64,000 nucleotides of DNA, taken from NCBI RefSeq assembly GCF_009914755.1, contig NC_060934.1. One strand, given 5' to 3'. The notes beneath the pieces were generated by a model that made no database searches, was not told the DNA's origin, and saw nothing but the letters and a program-made list of their open reading frames with translations. Both the position numbers and the translations under genes were made by a program. Within the stretch, counting starts at the first letter, position 1. Each line of letters starts with the position of its first letter. Positions 44,002-57,230 of the stretch are shown piece by piece. This DNA is from the human T2T-CHM13v2.0 reference genome, Homo sapiens.

Positions 44002-44304
44002 TTTTCTTTTGTTTTTTTTTATTTTTTTGAGACGCAGTTTCGCTCTTGTTGCCCAGGCTGGAGTGCAATCACACGATCTTGGCTCATCGCAACCTCCCGG
44101 GTTCAAGTGATTCTCCTGCCTCAGCCTCCTGAGTAGCTGGGATTACAGGCATGTGCTACCATGCCTAGCTAATTTTGTATTTTTAGGAGAGACGGGGTTT
44201 CTCCATGTTGGTCAGGCTGGTCTTGAACTCCTGACCTCAGGTGGTCTGCCTGCCTCGGCCTCCCAAAGTGCTGGGATTACAGGTGTGAGCCACCATGCCC
44301 AGCC
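44002..44304 (-). mobile_element. AluSp, TSD c(c/t)agtggcatttct
   Basis: Sp-type positions (ttcgctcttgttgccc; gtttctccatgttggtcagg); TSD at 43988-44001 and 44305-44318. Confidence 0.95.
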
Positions 44305-44991
44305 CTAGTGGCATTTCTGACTTCCTTGGTTCACATGGTCTTGGTATGACAGCCCTATGAATGGGTACCTGAGGAGCTCTGCTGCCAGTGTTCAAGGTGG
44401 CTTCTCTTTAGCTCATCTAAGATACAGGGGCTATATCTTTAAAAAGTAGAGACAGGATGATTAATCTGTAGTTGGACAGATTAATTGTGGCTTCCAATCT
44501 CTTCAGACCCTGTGTAGGCAGATCAAGTAACTTACCTACATAAAAGGCAAAGCACAGAAGTCATGAACATTCTCACTTCTGTGTAGTACTATATAGCTTC
44601 CTGAAAGGTTTATAACAATTTCTAACCAACTTGTTTAATCCCCACAGTTCTGTGAAGTCAGTATTATATTCTTACATTGTAAGTGAGGATATTGAGGTAC
44701 AAATGTATTTGTGGGGTTGGAAATTTCTCACAGGACATATTTGGTGGATGCTGGGAAGAGCTACTCTCCTGAAACTCCAAAACCCCCTCCCTCCCTCACC
44801 TGCTACAGTTGAACTTTTTCTGTAAGTTAAGACATTTCTGATTCTGGGTACTCTTTTAAAATGCAGATACCCCTGGAAGAGAGGTCAGACCAAATTTCTT
44901 ATTGCTTAAATAATTGCCTGAATAATGTTTTACAATCATTTTCATCTAAGATAGTTGAGGACAGCATGCTAACATATTAAAATCAGGATTA

Positions 44992-45298
<307 letters not shown>

Positions 45299-46289
45299 TC
45301 AGGATTAAATGAAGGGGGACCAGGATAGATTTGGGTTTGGGGAGCTTGTTTAGGAGTAGCTATCTGATAGGGGTATAACAATGGTGACCCCAGGACTCCA
45401 GTTCTGAATGAAGGAAGTCCCCATCTAAGGGATAGTATGGGACACGGAGCAAGAAGATAATGGAAACAGAGCAACTCTTTATATTTCAGACTTGGTTGGC
45501 TTATTTGTGCTGGATCGACCCCTGGTGAGTGGGCAGGATTGTGATGGATGGGGTCAAGCTTATCTACCATTACATGCCAAGTACCTGGCTTAGGGCATTG
45601 ATCCATTTTATATACTCTCTTATTTTGCTAACTACTTAAGGCAGAAAAATCATTCCCCTATTCTACTCCAATATGTGCCAGTTGAAAGTGAAATCCTCAC
45701 ACTGAGCAAATGCACCAAAGAACACTATATAAACTTAATGAGGGAGATGAAGAGATATGTGCCAGAAACCTAGAAAATTTAACACTGATGAGGTTATGAC
45801 TATTATATGTTTAGTTAAATTGTTGACACTGACAGGACGTGGCTGAGGAAATCTACCATCCATTTTCTCCTTGTACCAGTGATAATGGTTCCTTGGTGTG
45901 CTCTTCTCAGTTAACAAAAATATTCCCAAAAGTTAAATGCAGGGAGAAGAAGTGACATAAGAAGTACTTTTATTATCTCTGTTCTTCTGGGAGTTCCCTC
46001 CAGAAACATTATTTAAAGCAGTACTTCTCCCGACTGGCAAATGAGTTTGAAGGGAAGGACTCACGAGTTCAGAGGGGACCGGAGAGGCTCCTAACCCTGT
46101 GCTTGAAGGCTTGCTCCAGCAAACCCACATAACACGACACTGCCATAGCCTCTCAAAAACACCTTTCTCTTCCATTTTCTTCCTTTCAAAAACTGACAAA
46201 GGTTATCCACGGGCTAGTGAATAAAATCTCAATTCCTTTAGCTGACATTCAAGGCACAAATGTGATCGTGATTTTTGTAAGGTGTCAAG

Positions 46290-46490
46290 TGCTGTATAAA
46301 CAGGTGGTGGAGAGAGTATTGAATTTGAAGTCAGAACACTTTGGTTTCAATCTTGTTAACTGGGTGACCTTGGGCCAGTCACTTGATCACTCTGAATCTC
46401 AGTTCCTTCACTTATAAAATAGGATTATTTCAATAGTTAAATTAATTGAAAGTAACATAGTACTTAGCAAAGAGTGAACATTCAATACCC
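46290..46490 (+). mobile_element. MIR
   Basis: ggtgaccttgggccagtcacttgatcactctgaatctcagttccttcacttataaaatagga. Confidence 0.75.
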
Positions 46491-46567
46491 ATTAAGGAAG
46501 AGATGGTTACCAGAGGCAATTTATTCTAGCATTTAAGAACATTCACTATGGAGACAAAAATTAGTAA

Positions 46568-46740
46568 TCTTTTTTATTTATTTATTTTTGTTTTAGATTC
46601 AGGGGGTACATGTGCTTGTTTGTACCCCCCTGGTGGGGTTGGGCTTCAAATGTACCTATCATCCAAATATTGAACATTGCACCCAAAGGTTAATTTTTCA
46701 ACCCTTACCCTCCTTCCACCCTCCCGCCTTTTAGAGCAAT
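46568..46740 (-). mobile_element. Short L1P (L1PB/late L1PA) 3' end
   Basis: T-rich tail, then tagattcagggggtacatgtgcttgtttg...ccaaatattgaacattg. Confidence 0.75.
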
Positions 46741-47084
46741 CTTTCTTTTGTCTTTGATTTCTACCTAGAAAATGGGGGTAAGTTGGAAGACTTAGATGAG
46801 TTAATACATATCAGGAACTTTCAATAGTGCTTGGCCTATATTGATCCTTCTATAAGTATTAAGTCTTTTCTTGCTACTGTTGTTGCTTTTATTGAATGAC
46901 CTGTCCTAATCTTATTTTTCCTGACTTATCTGATTTTCTATTTTACCAGCAGACAGAGCTCCTCCACAAAGTCATGATATCATTAGGTTGGGGATTAATT
47001 CCTACCTTTAACTTCCATGAGCTTTACTCAATGCCTGCAAAATACTCAATCATTTTTGTTATTAAAAAGTGTACAAATGTGCTT

Positions 47085-47135
47085 GCTAACATCGACCTAG
47101 CATTGTGCTAGAGGTTTCAGCCTGTGGAGTAAGGA

Positions 47136-47182
<47 letters not shown>

Positions 47183-47242
47183 GAGGGAGGGAGGGAGGGA
47201 GGGAGGGAGGGAGGGAGGGAGGGAGGGAAGGAAGGGAGAGAG

Positions 47243-47273
<31 letters not shown>

Positions 47274-47545
47274 AGGAAGGAAGGAAGGAAGGAAGGAAGG
47301 AAAGGAAGGAAGGAAGGAAGGAAGGAAGGAAGGGAGTAAGGGAGGAAGGAAAAAGAAAAGAAAAGAAAAGAAAAAAGAAGCATCCAGATTGGAAAGGAAG
47401 AAGTAAAACTGTCTTTATTTGCAGATGAAATTATCATCTCTATAGAAAATTCAGTGGAATGTACATAAAGCTGTTAGAAGCAACAGGAGAATTTAGCAAG
47501 TTACGGGATGCAAGATTAATATGCAAGTCAATTGTTTTAGTTCCT
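47085..47545 (+). mobile_element. L1M ORF2 (RT) fragment split by a simple-repeat expansion
   Basis: gcatccagattggaaaggaagaagtaaaactgtctttatttgcagatga encodes [15 protein letters not shown]. Confidence 0.8.
47131..47381 (+). repeat. Compound purine microsatellite (GAAA)n/(GGGA)n/(GGAA)n/(GAAAA)n
   Basis: About 250 bp of almost pure A/G. Confidence 0.97.
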
Positions 47546-47904
47546 TAAACTTAAGACAGCCACAAGTAGACCAGTTTAACTGGAGCATAGGATGAGTGAG
47601 GGGTAGTGTGGTATGTAAAATTAGAAAGGCAGATCTAGATAACATGGAATACTTTTGCTTACTCTTTCTCTGCCTTCCTTCATTCCTTTTCCCCTCCCCC
47701 ACCTCCTTTCTTTCTTTTTCCTTTCTAGTTTCTTGGTATAACAACCTTTTTCCATAAAAGAAGGGTAGAACTTCTTTCTTAAAGGCGAAGTTATTTATTC
47801 TTTGGGTTAAGTCAAACAAAATGACCGTAACTACGTTGTTTTGAGCTTACAGTTAATGTTCTGTTATATATAAAATGTTCCCAAAGACAAGGAGTGAAAT
47901 GTCA

Positions 47905-48070
47905 GCAAGCAATCACTGGAACATAGGGTATCAGGATTCAAGTTCTGATTTCCTCTTAACTAGCTCTAATAACTTTGGGAAGATCACTTCACCTTTTAAG
48001 GCCCAGTTTGCTTTGTCTTAAAAAAGGGATAATGATTGCATGATTTCCATATTTATAGGGTTGTTGATGG
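47905..48070 (+). mobile_element. MIR
   Basis: ttcaagttctgatttcctcttaactagctctaataactttgggaagatcacttcacc...cagtttgctttgtcttaaaaaagggataat. Confidence 0.6.
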
Positions 48071-49096
48071 CTTACTCCAACAAAATTTTTCTAGTTCTTA
48101 GAAACTCTAAGAGCTGGAGATAGGGAATCACTCCCCTCAGGGAATATTTAGTGAAAATATGTGTAGAACTAACTCCAGTGGCATAGGATAGGCTATTCAG
48201 AGTAGTATACATAAGGGCCTAGGAGAGTGCAAAGAAGGGATTAATTAACTCTGCTTGTGGGGTTGGGAAAAATTTCGCTGAGTTGATATCTAAAGCCAAG
48301 CTCACAGCTTAAGTGAGATTTTTGACAGAGAAAGGGACAACTTTAACATGATAATGGGAATAATATCTTTTGTTTGTTTAGCACTTTACCATTTTACTTG
48401 ACATAAATTAGAGTGATCTAAAAACTATATAGACGTTAGGGATTATTATTGCTATCCTAGGGGTGGTTATTACTTTAAACTACTTGTTTGATAAGGCTGG
48501 GGAAATTTTGACCCCAAATTGTAACAATTTAGAAAAGTTTATGTAAAAATTTCCAGGGAATTTTTCCATGTTGGGGGAACCAGGAGCCTTAGGAGCTTGG
48601 TGGGGTGTCAAGGATTAGGGGAGGGGCATGGGAAGAGGGAAAAAGGATATTAATTAAATCTTTGCAAAAAGATGGCTCATTTTGTAATTATGGCATAACT
48701 TGCTGAGTAAAGATGCAATAATATGAAAACCTGGATGTTTAACTTTTTTCCCCATAAGTTATTGGGGTACAGGTGGTATTTGGTACATGAGTAAGTCCTT
48801 TAGTGGTGATTTGTGAGATTTTGGTGCACCCATCACCCATGTATACACTGCACCACATTTGTAGTCTTTTATCCCTCACCCTCCTCCCATCCTTCCCCCC
48901 AAGTCCCCAAAGTCCATTGTATTATTCTTATACCTTTGCATCTTCATAGCTTAGCTCCCGTATATCAGTGAGAACATACAATGTTTGGTTTTCCATTCCT
49001 GAGTTACATCACTTAGAATAATAGTCTCCAATCTCATCCAGGTCACTGCAAATGCTGTTAATTCATTCCTTTTTATGGCTGCATAGTATTCCATCG

Positions 49097-49105
49097 TATA
49101 TATAT

Positions 49106-49170
<65 letters not shown>

Positions 49171-49178
49171 TACACACC
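49097..49178 (+). repeat. Compound (TA)n/(CA)n microsatellite inside the L1
   Basis: tatatata cacacaca tatata... cacaca. Confidence 0.95.
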
Positions 49179-50673
49179 ACAGTTTCTTTATCCACTCATT
49201 GACTGGTGGACTTTTGGGTTGGTTCCACAATTTTGAAATTGTGAATTGTGCTCCTGTAAACATGCATGTGCATGTCTTCAAATAATGACTTCTTTTCCTG
49301 TGGCTAGATACCCAGTAGTGGGGTTGCTGGATCAAATGGTAGTTCTACTTTTAGTTCTTTAAGGAATCTCCACACTGTTTTTCATAGTGGCTGTACTAGT
49401 TTACATTTCCACCCGCAGTGTAGAAGTGTTCCCTGTTCACTGCATCCATTCCAACATCTACTGTTTTTTGATTTTTTTATTATGGCCATTCTTGCAAAAG
49501 TAAGGTGGTATTGCATTGTGGTTTTGATTTGCATCTCCCTAATCATTAGTAATGTTGAGCATTTGTTCATATGTTTGTTGGCCATTTGTATATCTTCTTT
49601 TGAGAATTGTCTATTTATGTCCTTAGCCCACTTTTTGCTTGGATTGTTTTTTTCTTACTGATTTGTTTGAGTTCGTTGTAGATTCTGGATATTAGTCCTT
49701 TGTCAGATGTATAGATTGTGAAGATTTTCTCCCGCTCTGCGGGTTGTCTGTTTACTCTGCTGACTGTTCCTTTTGCTGTGCAAAAGCTCTTTAGTTTAGT
49801 TAGGTCTCAGCTATTTATCTTTGTTTTTATTGCATTTGCTTTTGGGTTCTTGGTCATGAAATCCTTGCCTAAGTCAATGTCTAGAAGGGTTTTTCCAATG
49901 TTATCTTCTAGAATTTTTATAGTTTCAGGTCTTAGGTTTAAGTCCTTAATCCATCTTGAGTTGATTTTTGTATAAGGTAAGAGATGAGGATACAGTTCTC
50001 CTACATGTGGCTAGCCAGTTATCCCAGCACCATTTGTTGAAAAGGGTGTCCTTTCCCCACTTTATGTTTTTGTTTACTTTGTTGAAGATCAGTTGGCTGT
50101 AAGTATTTGGGTTTATTTCTGGGCTCTCTATTCTGTTCCATTGGTCTGAGTGCCTATTTTTATACCAGTACCACGCTGTTTTGATGACTATGGCCTTATA
50201 CTATAGTTTGAAAACAGGTAGTGTGATGCCCCCAGATTTGTTCTTTTGACTTAGACTTGCTTTGGCTATGCAGACTCTTTTTTGGTTCCATAAGCATTTT
50301 AGAATTGTTTTTTCTAATTCTGTGAAGAATGATGGTGGTATTCTGATGGGGATTGTGTTGAATTTGTAGATTTCTTTTGGCAGTATGGTCATTTTCACAA
50401 TATTGATTCTACCCATCCATGAGCATGGGATGTGTTTCCATTTGTTTGTGTCTATGTTTAGAAATCTGTGATTTCTTTCAGCAGTGTTTTGTAGTTTTCC
50501 TTGTAGAGGTCTTTCAACTCCTTTGTTAGGTGTATTCCTAAGTATTTTATTTTTATTGCAGCTATTGTAAAAGAGGTTGAGTTCTTGATTTGATTCTTGG
50601 CTTGCTTGCTGTTGGTGTATAGAAGAGCTATTGATTTATGTACATTAATCTTGTATCCAGAAACTTTGCTGAA

Positions 50674-51369
50674 TTATTTTATCAGTTCTACAAGTTTTCT
50701 GGAGGAGTCCTTAGGGTTTTCAAGGTAAATGATTGTATCGTCAGCAAACAGTGACAGTTTGACTTCCTCTTTACCGATTTGGATGCCCTTTATTTCTTTC
50801 TCTTGTCTGATTGCTCTGGCTAGGACTTCCAGTACTATGTTGAAGAGGAGCAGTGAGAATGGGCATCCTTGTCTTGTTCCAGTTCTCAGAGGGAATGCTT
50901 TCAACTTTTCCTTATTCAGTATTATGTTGGCTGTCAGTTTGTCATAGATGGCTTTTATTACATTAAGGTATGTCCCTTGTGTGCCCATTTTGCTAAGAGT
51001 TTTAATCATAAAGCGATGCTGGGTTTTGTTGAGTGCTTTTTCTGCATCTGTTAAGATGATCATGTGATTTTTGTTTTTAATTCTGTTTATGTGGGGTATC
51101 ACATTTATTGACTTGTGTATGTTAAACCATCCCTGCATCCCTGGTATGAAATCTACTTGATCATAGTGGATTTTCTTCTTGGTATGTTGTTGGATTTCGC
51201 TAGCTAGTATTTTGTTAACTATTTTAGCATCTATGTTCATCAAGGATATCAATCTGTAGTTTTCTTTTTTGGCTATGTGCTTTCCTGGTTTTGGTATTAG
51301 GGTGATGCTGGATTCATAGAATGAATTTGAGAGGGTTCCTTCTTTCTCTATCTTGTGGAATAGTGTCAA
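50674..51369 (-). pseudogene. L1 ORF2 reverse-transcriptase remnant (231-aa open stretch)
   Basis: [27 protein letters not shown] and LSLFADD motifs; bounded by stops and an Alu insertion. Confidence 0.9.
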
Positions 51370-51480
51370 AAGGATTGGTACTAACTCTTATTTGAATGTC
51401 TGGTAGAATTCTGTTGTGAACCTGTCTGGTCCTGGACTTTTTGTTGTTGTTGTTGTTGTTTTAATTTTTTTAATTTTTAA

Positions 51481-51796
<316 letters not shown>

Positions 51797-54569
51797 GGTA
51801 ATTTTTAAATGACCATTTCAATCTTGCTGCTTGTTATTTGTCTGTTCAGGGTATCTAATTCTTCCTGATTTAAGCTAAGAGTGTTGTATTTTTCCAGGAA
51901 TTTATCCATCTCTTGTAGGTTTTCCTTTATGTACATAAAGGTGTTCATAGTAGCCTTGAATGATCTTTTGTATTTCAGTGGTCTCAGTTGTAATATCTCC
52001 TTTTTCATTTCTTAGTGAGGTTATTTGGATCTTCTGTCTTCTTTTCTTGGTTAATCTTGTTAATGGTCTATCAATTTTATTTTTCTTCTCAAAGAACCTG
52101 CCTTTTGTTTCATTTATCTTTTGTATTATTTTTGTTTCAATTTCATTTACTTCTGCTGCGATCTTGGTTATTTCTTTTCTTCTGCTGGATTTGGATTTGG
52201 TTTGTTCTTGTTTCTCTAGTTTTTTGAGGTGTTACTGTAAATTGTTCTTCTGTGCTCTTTCAGACTTTTTGATGTAGGCGTTTAGGGCTGTGAACTTTCC
52301 TTTTAGCACTGCCTTTGCTGTATCCCAGAGGTTTCAATAGGTTGTGTCACTATTGTCATTCAGTTTGAAGCATTTTTTTAATTTCCATTTTGATTTCGTT
52401 TTTGACCCAATGTTCATTCAGGAGCAGGTTATTTAATTTCCATGTATTTGCATGGTTTTGAAGATTCCTTTTGGATTTGATTTCCAGTTTTATTCCACTG
52501 TGGTCTGAGAGAGTACTTGATATAATTTCAATTTTCTTAAATGTATTGAGGCTCGTTTTATGGTCTGTCATATGGTCTATCTTGGAGAAAGTTCCATGCA
52601 TTGTTGAATAGAATGCGTATTGTGTGGTTGTTGGGTGAAATGTTTTGTATATATTTGTTGAGTCCATTTGTTCCAAGGTATAGTTTAAATTCATTGTTTC
52701 TTTGTTGACTTTCTGTCTTGATGACCTGTCTAGTGCTGTCAGTGGAGTATTGAAGTCTCCCACTATTATTGTGTTGCTGTCTATCTCATTTCTTAGGTCT
52801 ATTAGTAATTGTTTTATAAATTTGGGAGCTCCAGTGTTAGGTGCATGTATGTTTAGGATTGTGATATTTTCCTGTTGGACAAGGTCTTTACCATTATATA
52901 CTGTTCCTCTTTGTCTCTTTTAATGCTGTTGCTTTATAGTTTGTTTTGTCTGATATAAGAATAGCTACCCCTACTTGTTTTTGGTGTCCGTTTGCATGAA
53001 ATGCCTTTTTCCACTCCTTCACTTTAAGTTTATGTGAGTTCTTATGTGTTGGGTGAGTCTCCTGAAGGCAGCAGATAGTTGGTTGCTGGGTTCTTATCCA
53101 TTCTGCTGTTCTGTATCTTTTAAGTGGAGCATTTAGGCCATTTACATTCAATGTTAGTATTGAAATGTGAGGTGCTGTTGCTTTTATCATGCTCTTTGTT
53201 GCCCATGTACTTGGTTTTTTGTTTTTGCTTTTTAACTTGTATTTTTGTTTTATAGGTCCTGTGTGATTTATGCTTTAAAGAAGTTCTGTTTTGATGTGCT
53301 TCCAGGATTTGGTTCAAGATTTTGAGCTCCTTTTATCAGTTCTTGTTGTGGTAGTTTGGTAATGGTGAGTTCTCTCAGCATTTGTTTGAAAACAACTGTA
53401 TCTTTCCTTCATATATGATGCTTAGTTTCACTAGATACAAAATTCTTGCCTGATAATTGTTTTGTTTGAGGAGCCTGAAGATAGGTCCCCAATCCCTTCT
53501 AGCTTGTAGGGTTTCTGCTGAGAAATCTGCTGTTAATCTGATAGGTTTTCCTTTATAGGTTACCTGGTGCTTCTGTCTCATAGCTCTTAAGATTCTTTCC
53601 TTCATCTTAAATTTGGATAACCTGATGACAATGTTCTTAGGCAGAGATCTTTTTGTGATTAATTTCCCAGGTGTTCTTTTGCTTCTTGTATTTGGCTGTC
53701 TAGGTCTCTTGCAAGGCCGGGAGAGTTTGCTTTGATTATTCCCCTAAATCTGTTTTCCAGGGAAAACCTGGACATTTAAATGCTAGTTTAACATGGAGCA
53801 GAGGACTCCATTTTTGTAAAATGCTGCAACCTGGGAATTTCCTTTCATAATTTTGATAGACATATGGCACTTCTGGTTGAGAACTGGGCCTATAGCAGTG
53901 GCTTAACTTAAGGGTTCCATAGATCCTTGCCTTGGTTCAACATATCCCATCTACGAGATGACAAATGTTTGATTGAAGAAGTATTGAAGAGTATTTGGAA
54001 ATGTAGACAAATAACAGTATCTGGAGCTTGCAGCACAGTGGGAAATGGAGCCAAGACTGTACCTATAATTTAGGGTAAGGAGCAATAATGAGGTCCCATA
54101 AAAATAAAAAACCATGATGTTAAATAGACTGCAGATCATTTGCACCTTGAGGCTTTTCTTAGATTTTATGCCAGCAAAAAAAAGTAGTAATAGGGCTTGT
54201 GCTTTATGCCAAAAGAATTCCTCGTACACAAGATTTTATTTGCTTTAGTGTAATCAAAGAGACCCTCCCCCTAAAATTATATAAGGGTAAAAAAAAACAA
54301 AACAAACAAACAAAAAACCCATCCAGCTATAAAGAGCTGCCAGCCTGGGTTTGGAGCATGGCTTTAATCCTCTGTGCCTGGGGTCATATTGTTTTTATCT
54401 TGCTTTTGACTCTATTTCAAAGCTGATGTTGCTATCTACAAACCTTACCTAACAGCTATAATTATTTCATTTGTATTCACTATGAAGTCCTTTCCAATCA
54501 TGTTAGAGAAATGGATTCCAGTGTTTGCAAGTGACCCCTTATCCTGTCTTTTAAAGAAAATAGCATATA

Positions 54570-54999
54570 TTGTAGGCTCCCCTTATCTGCATTTTTGCTT
54601 TCCACAGTTTCAGTTACCCACGATCAACTGCAGTCCAAAAATAAGATATTTTGTGAGAGAGAGAAAGACTATATTCGTATAACTTTTATTATAGTATATT
54701 GTTATCATTGTTCTATTTTATTATTATTATTGTAAATCTCTTACCGTGCCTAATTTATAAATTAAACTTAACATAGGTCTGAATGTATAGGAAAAACATA
54801 GTATACATACTATATATAGTAAGTGGAGAGCACACCAAATGTATATCATTTTTGTACTGTAGTAAATTTGAAAAATTGTAGGTCAACCCATTATAAGTTG
54901 AGGATGGAAGGTCTGTCTATAGGGTTCAGTATTACATGTGGTTTCAGGCATCCACTAGTGGTCCTGATGTGTCCTCTACAGACAAAGGGGGACTACTGT
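54570..54999. mobile_element. MER44A (Tigger7-derived) with a nested MER47-like fragment at about 54820-54915
   Basis: ccccttatctgcatttttgctttccacagtttcagttacccacgatcaactgcagtcc...gggggactactg-ta. Confidence 0.8.
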
Positions 55000-56381
55000 A
55001 AGTTTGTAAAACCACTGAACAAGGAGTTTCAAATGTGATAAAATATTAAAATGGGACTCTTCAAGTTCAGCTGAAGCCACAATTAATAGGAATCAACTGG
55101 TCGCACATTCCAAGATGAGATGCTAGATCACCCCAGCAGGACCTGCAAGAGTTCTAAAATTTGGATCGTGTCATTGCCTGAGCTTTCAGACATTAGATAA
55201 GTCAAGTCAGATTTGATCCTTAGTTTTTTCCTTTGTCAAGTGGGAACAGTTATTGCTACCCAGTGACCTTGTAGGGATGTGTCAATTGAGATGCTGGACC
55301 TGAAGATGCCATGAAAATTCGAGGTAGTGGTTCTCTTTCTCCTTCTTGCAGTGGGGTTTTGGGTCACAAAATGACAGGATTGTCCTCAGATACTTTATAG
55401 AAAGCCATTGGTGCTGTTAACACAGTATGAGTTTAGTGTTTCATTTTGGAGTCAAACACACTTTATTTTTTTTTCTCACAACTGCTTCTGTGAATCTACT
55501 TGCAGGGCTAGATCTTCTGCCCTGGAATCATATCCTAGCTAGTGCTCAGAGCCTGCCACTCACTCTTTGGTAGTAATAACTCCTCTCATTGGTTACCTGA
55601 GTTTCCAAACAGTGTTGGTTATGCTATAAATAAGTATAGTCTAGGGTAATAATCAAAACTCTGAAATTCATCCATGGGTAATGCATCTTCTGGCACCATC
55701 AAGAGCTTGCTACAGGGGGAGAAGTGGGCTGAGTAACTTCTTTCTCCTTTATTCTTCCATATGCTAGGTGAGTTGGATAGGGGAAGAGAAGAGAAGTAGG
55801 AGCCAGGATCAAATTTGCTTGGCTGGTCCCAACCTGGTATTGATTTGCTTTTCTACTGGCAGATGCTTAAGACTGGCCTTTCTTCTCTGAAAGCTGTTTC
55901 ATGATTTGGACGCTTATCACTAGGGTCCTCTTTTTTGTGGGTGATTCTCTTTTGATGATAAATGAATCATCTAGGGACTTCTCTCTGCTGAGGTCTCCTT
56001 GCCTCTAACAAGGCAAGGTCCAAGACTAGCTCAGGGTGCTTTGTCTTGTACTTGGCACTTACCTCCTCCCTGGAAATATGGATCTTTGACCTAAAAGTGT
56101 TGTATAGTTATGTCCCCAAATTGAATCTGTTTTGTTTAGCCACCTAGTGAGCAGCTTTAGCCATAGTCTTTCTTTCACTCATTAACTTTCTTAGACTTAT
56201 GTAAGATGGGTATCAGTTCACTGTGACCCTTAAAATGCAGGGGCACCTACCAAGCCATCTGAGTACACTACCAAAGTCCCTCTCATTTGCTAGAAATAAA
56301 GGGAGTACCATAGCCCTGATACTTTTCCACTGGAGGGAAGCATTGCAAGTACACTTGAAAATTCTCTTTGAAGAAATCCTT

Positions 56382-56716
56382 GCCGGGCACAGTGGCTCAC
56401 ACCTGTAATCCCAGCACTTTGGGAGGCTGAGTGGGGCAGATCATCTGAGATCAGGAGTTTGAGACCAGCTTGGCCAACATGGTGAAACCCCATCTCTACT
56501 AAAAATACAAAAATTAGCCAGGCATGGTGGCAGGTGCCTGAAATACCAGCTACTTGGGAGGCTGAGGCAGGAGAATCACTTGAACCGAGGAGGCAGAGGA
56601 ATGCAGTGAGCCGAGATCACATCATTGCACTCCAGCCTGGGTGACAGAGACAGACTTCATCTCAAAAATAAAATAAAATAAAAAATAAAATAAAATAAAA
56701 AATAAAATAAAATAAA
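56382..56716 (+). mobile_element. Alu (AluSx-like) with (AAAAT)n tail, TSD aagaaatcctt
   Basis: Full dimer; TSD at 56371-56381 and 56717-56727. Confidence 0.95.
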
Positions 56717-56954
56717 AAGAAATCCTTAATTCCCAATTCTAAGCTCCTCTGATAGTATATTCAGCATCTTTTTTATGCTATGCAGAGATGTACTCAGCTA
56801 AGGGGTGCAGACCTGGGTCTTAGACATCTCCTTTGCAGGTCCTGCTGGGGTGATACAGTACCTCATCTTGCAATATGGGACCAGTTGATTCCTATTATTT
56901 TGTGGCTTCAGCTGAACTTGAAGGGTCCCATTTTAACATTGTGTTATATTTATA

Positions 56955-57230
56955 TCAGCTTACCCCAAACTGTAGTCTATGGAACACTGCTTCAGAAAAG
57001 GGTTCCATTTTTTTTAAAAAGGGTCCTTATCAAGTGTATTTGGGAAATATATGTAAGATTTCCAGCTCTTCAGGTGCTCATTGCATATAAGCCTATCGAA
57101 GACCATGTGGAATCTAGCATGAGGAGTGGTGTTTGACCCTTTCCAAACCCAGTGTTTCTCAAATATATTTAACCACACAATTTATTAACATGGTGTCTCT
57201 TTGTTTGCATTTTGGGAGATGCTGCTGTAG
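56955..57230. mobile_element. Ancient hAT-Charlie relic (MER112/MER113-like)
   Basis: cccaaactgtagtctatggaacact...cagtgtttctcaaatatatttaaccac...tttgggagatgctg. Confidence 0.4.

Noticed and set aside
47105-47437. K/E/R/G-rich and F/L/S/P-rich 106-107 aa ORFs
   Set aside because: Translations of the purine microsatellite
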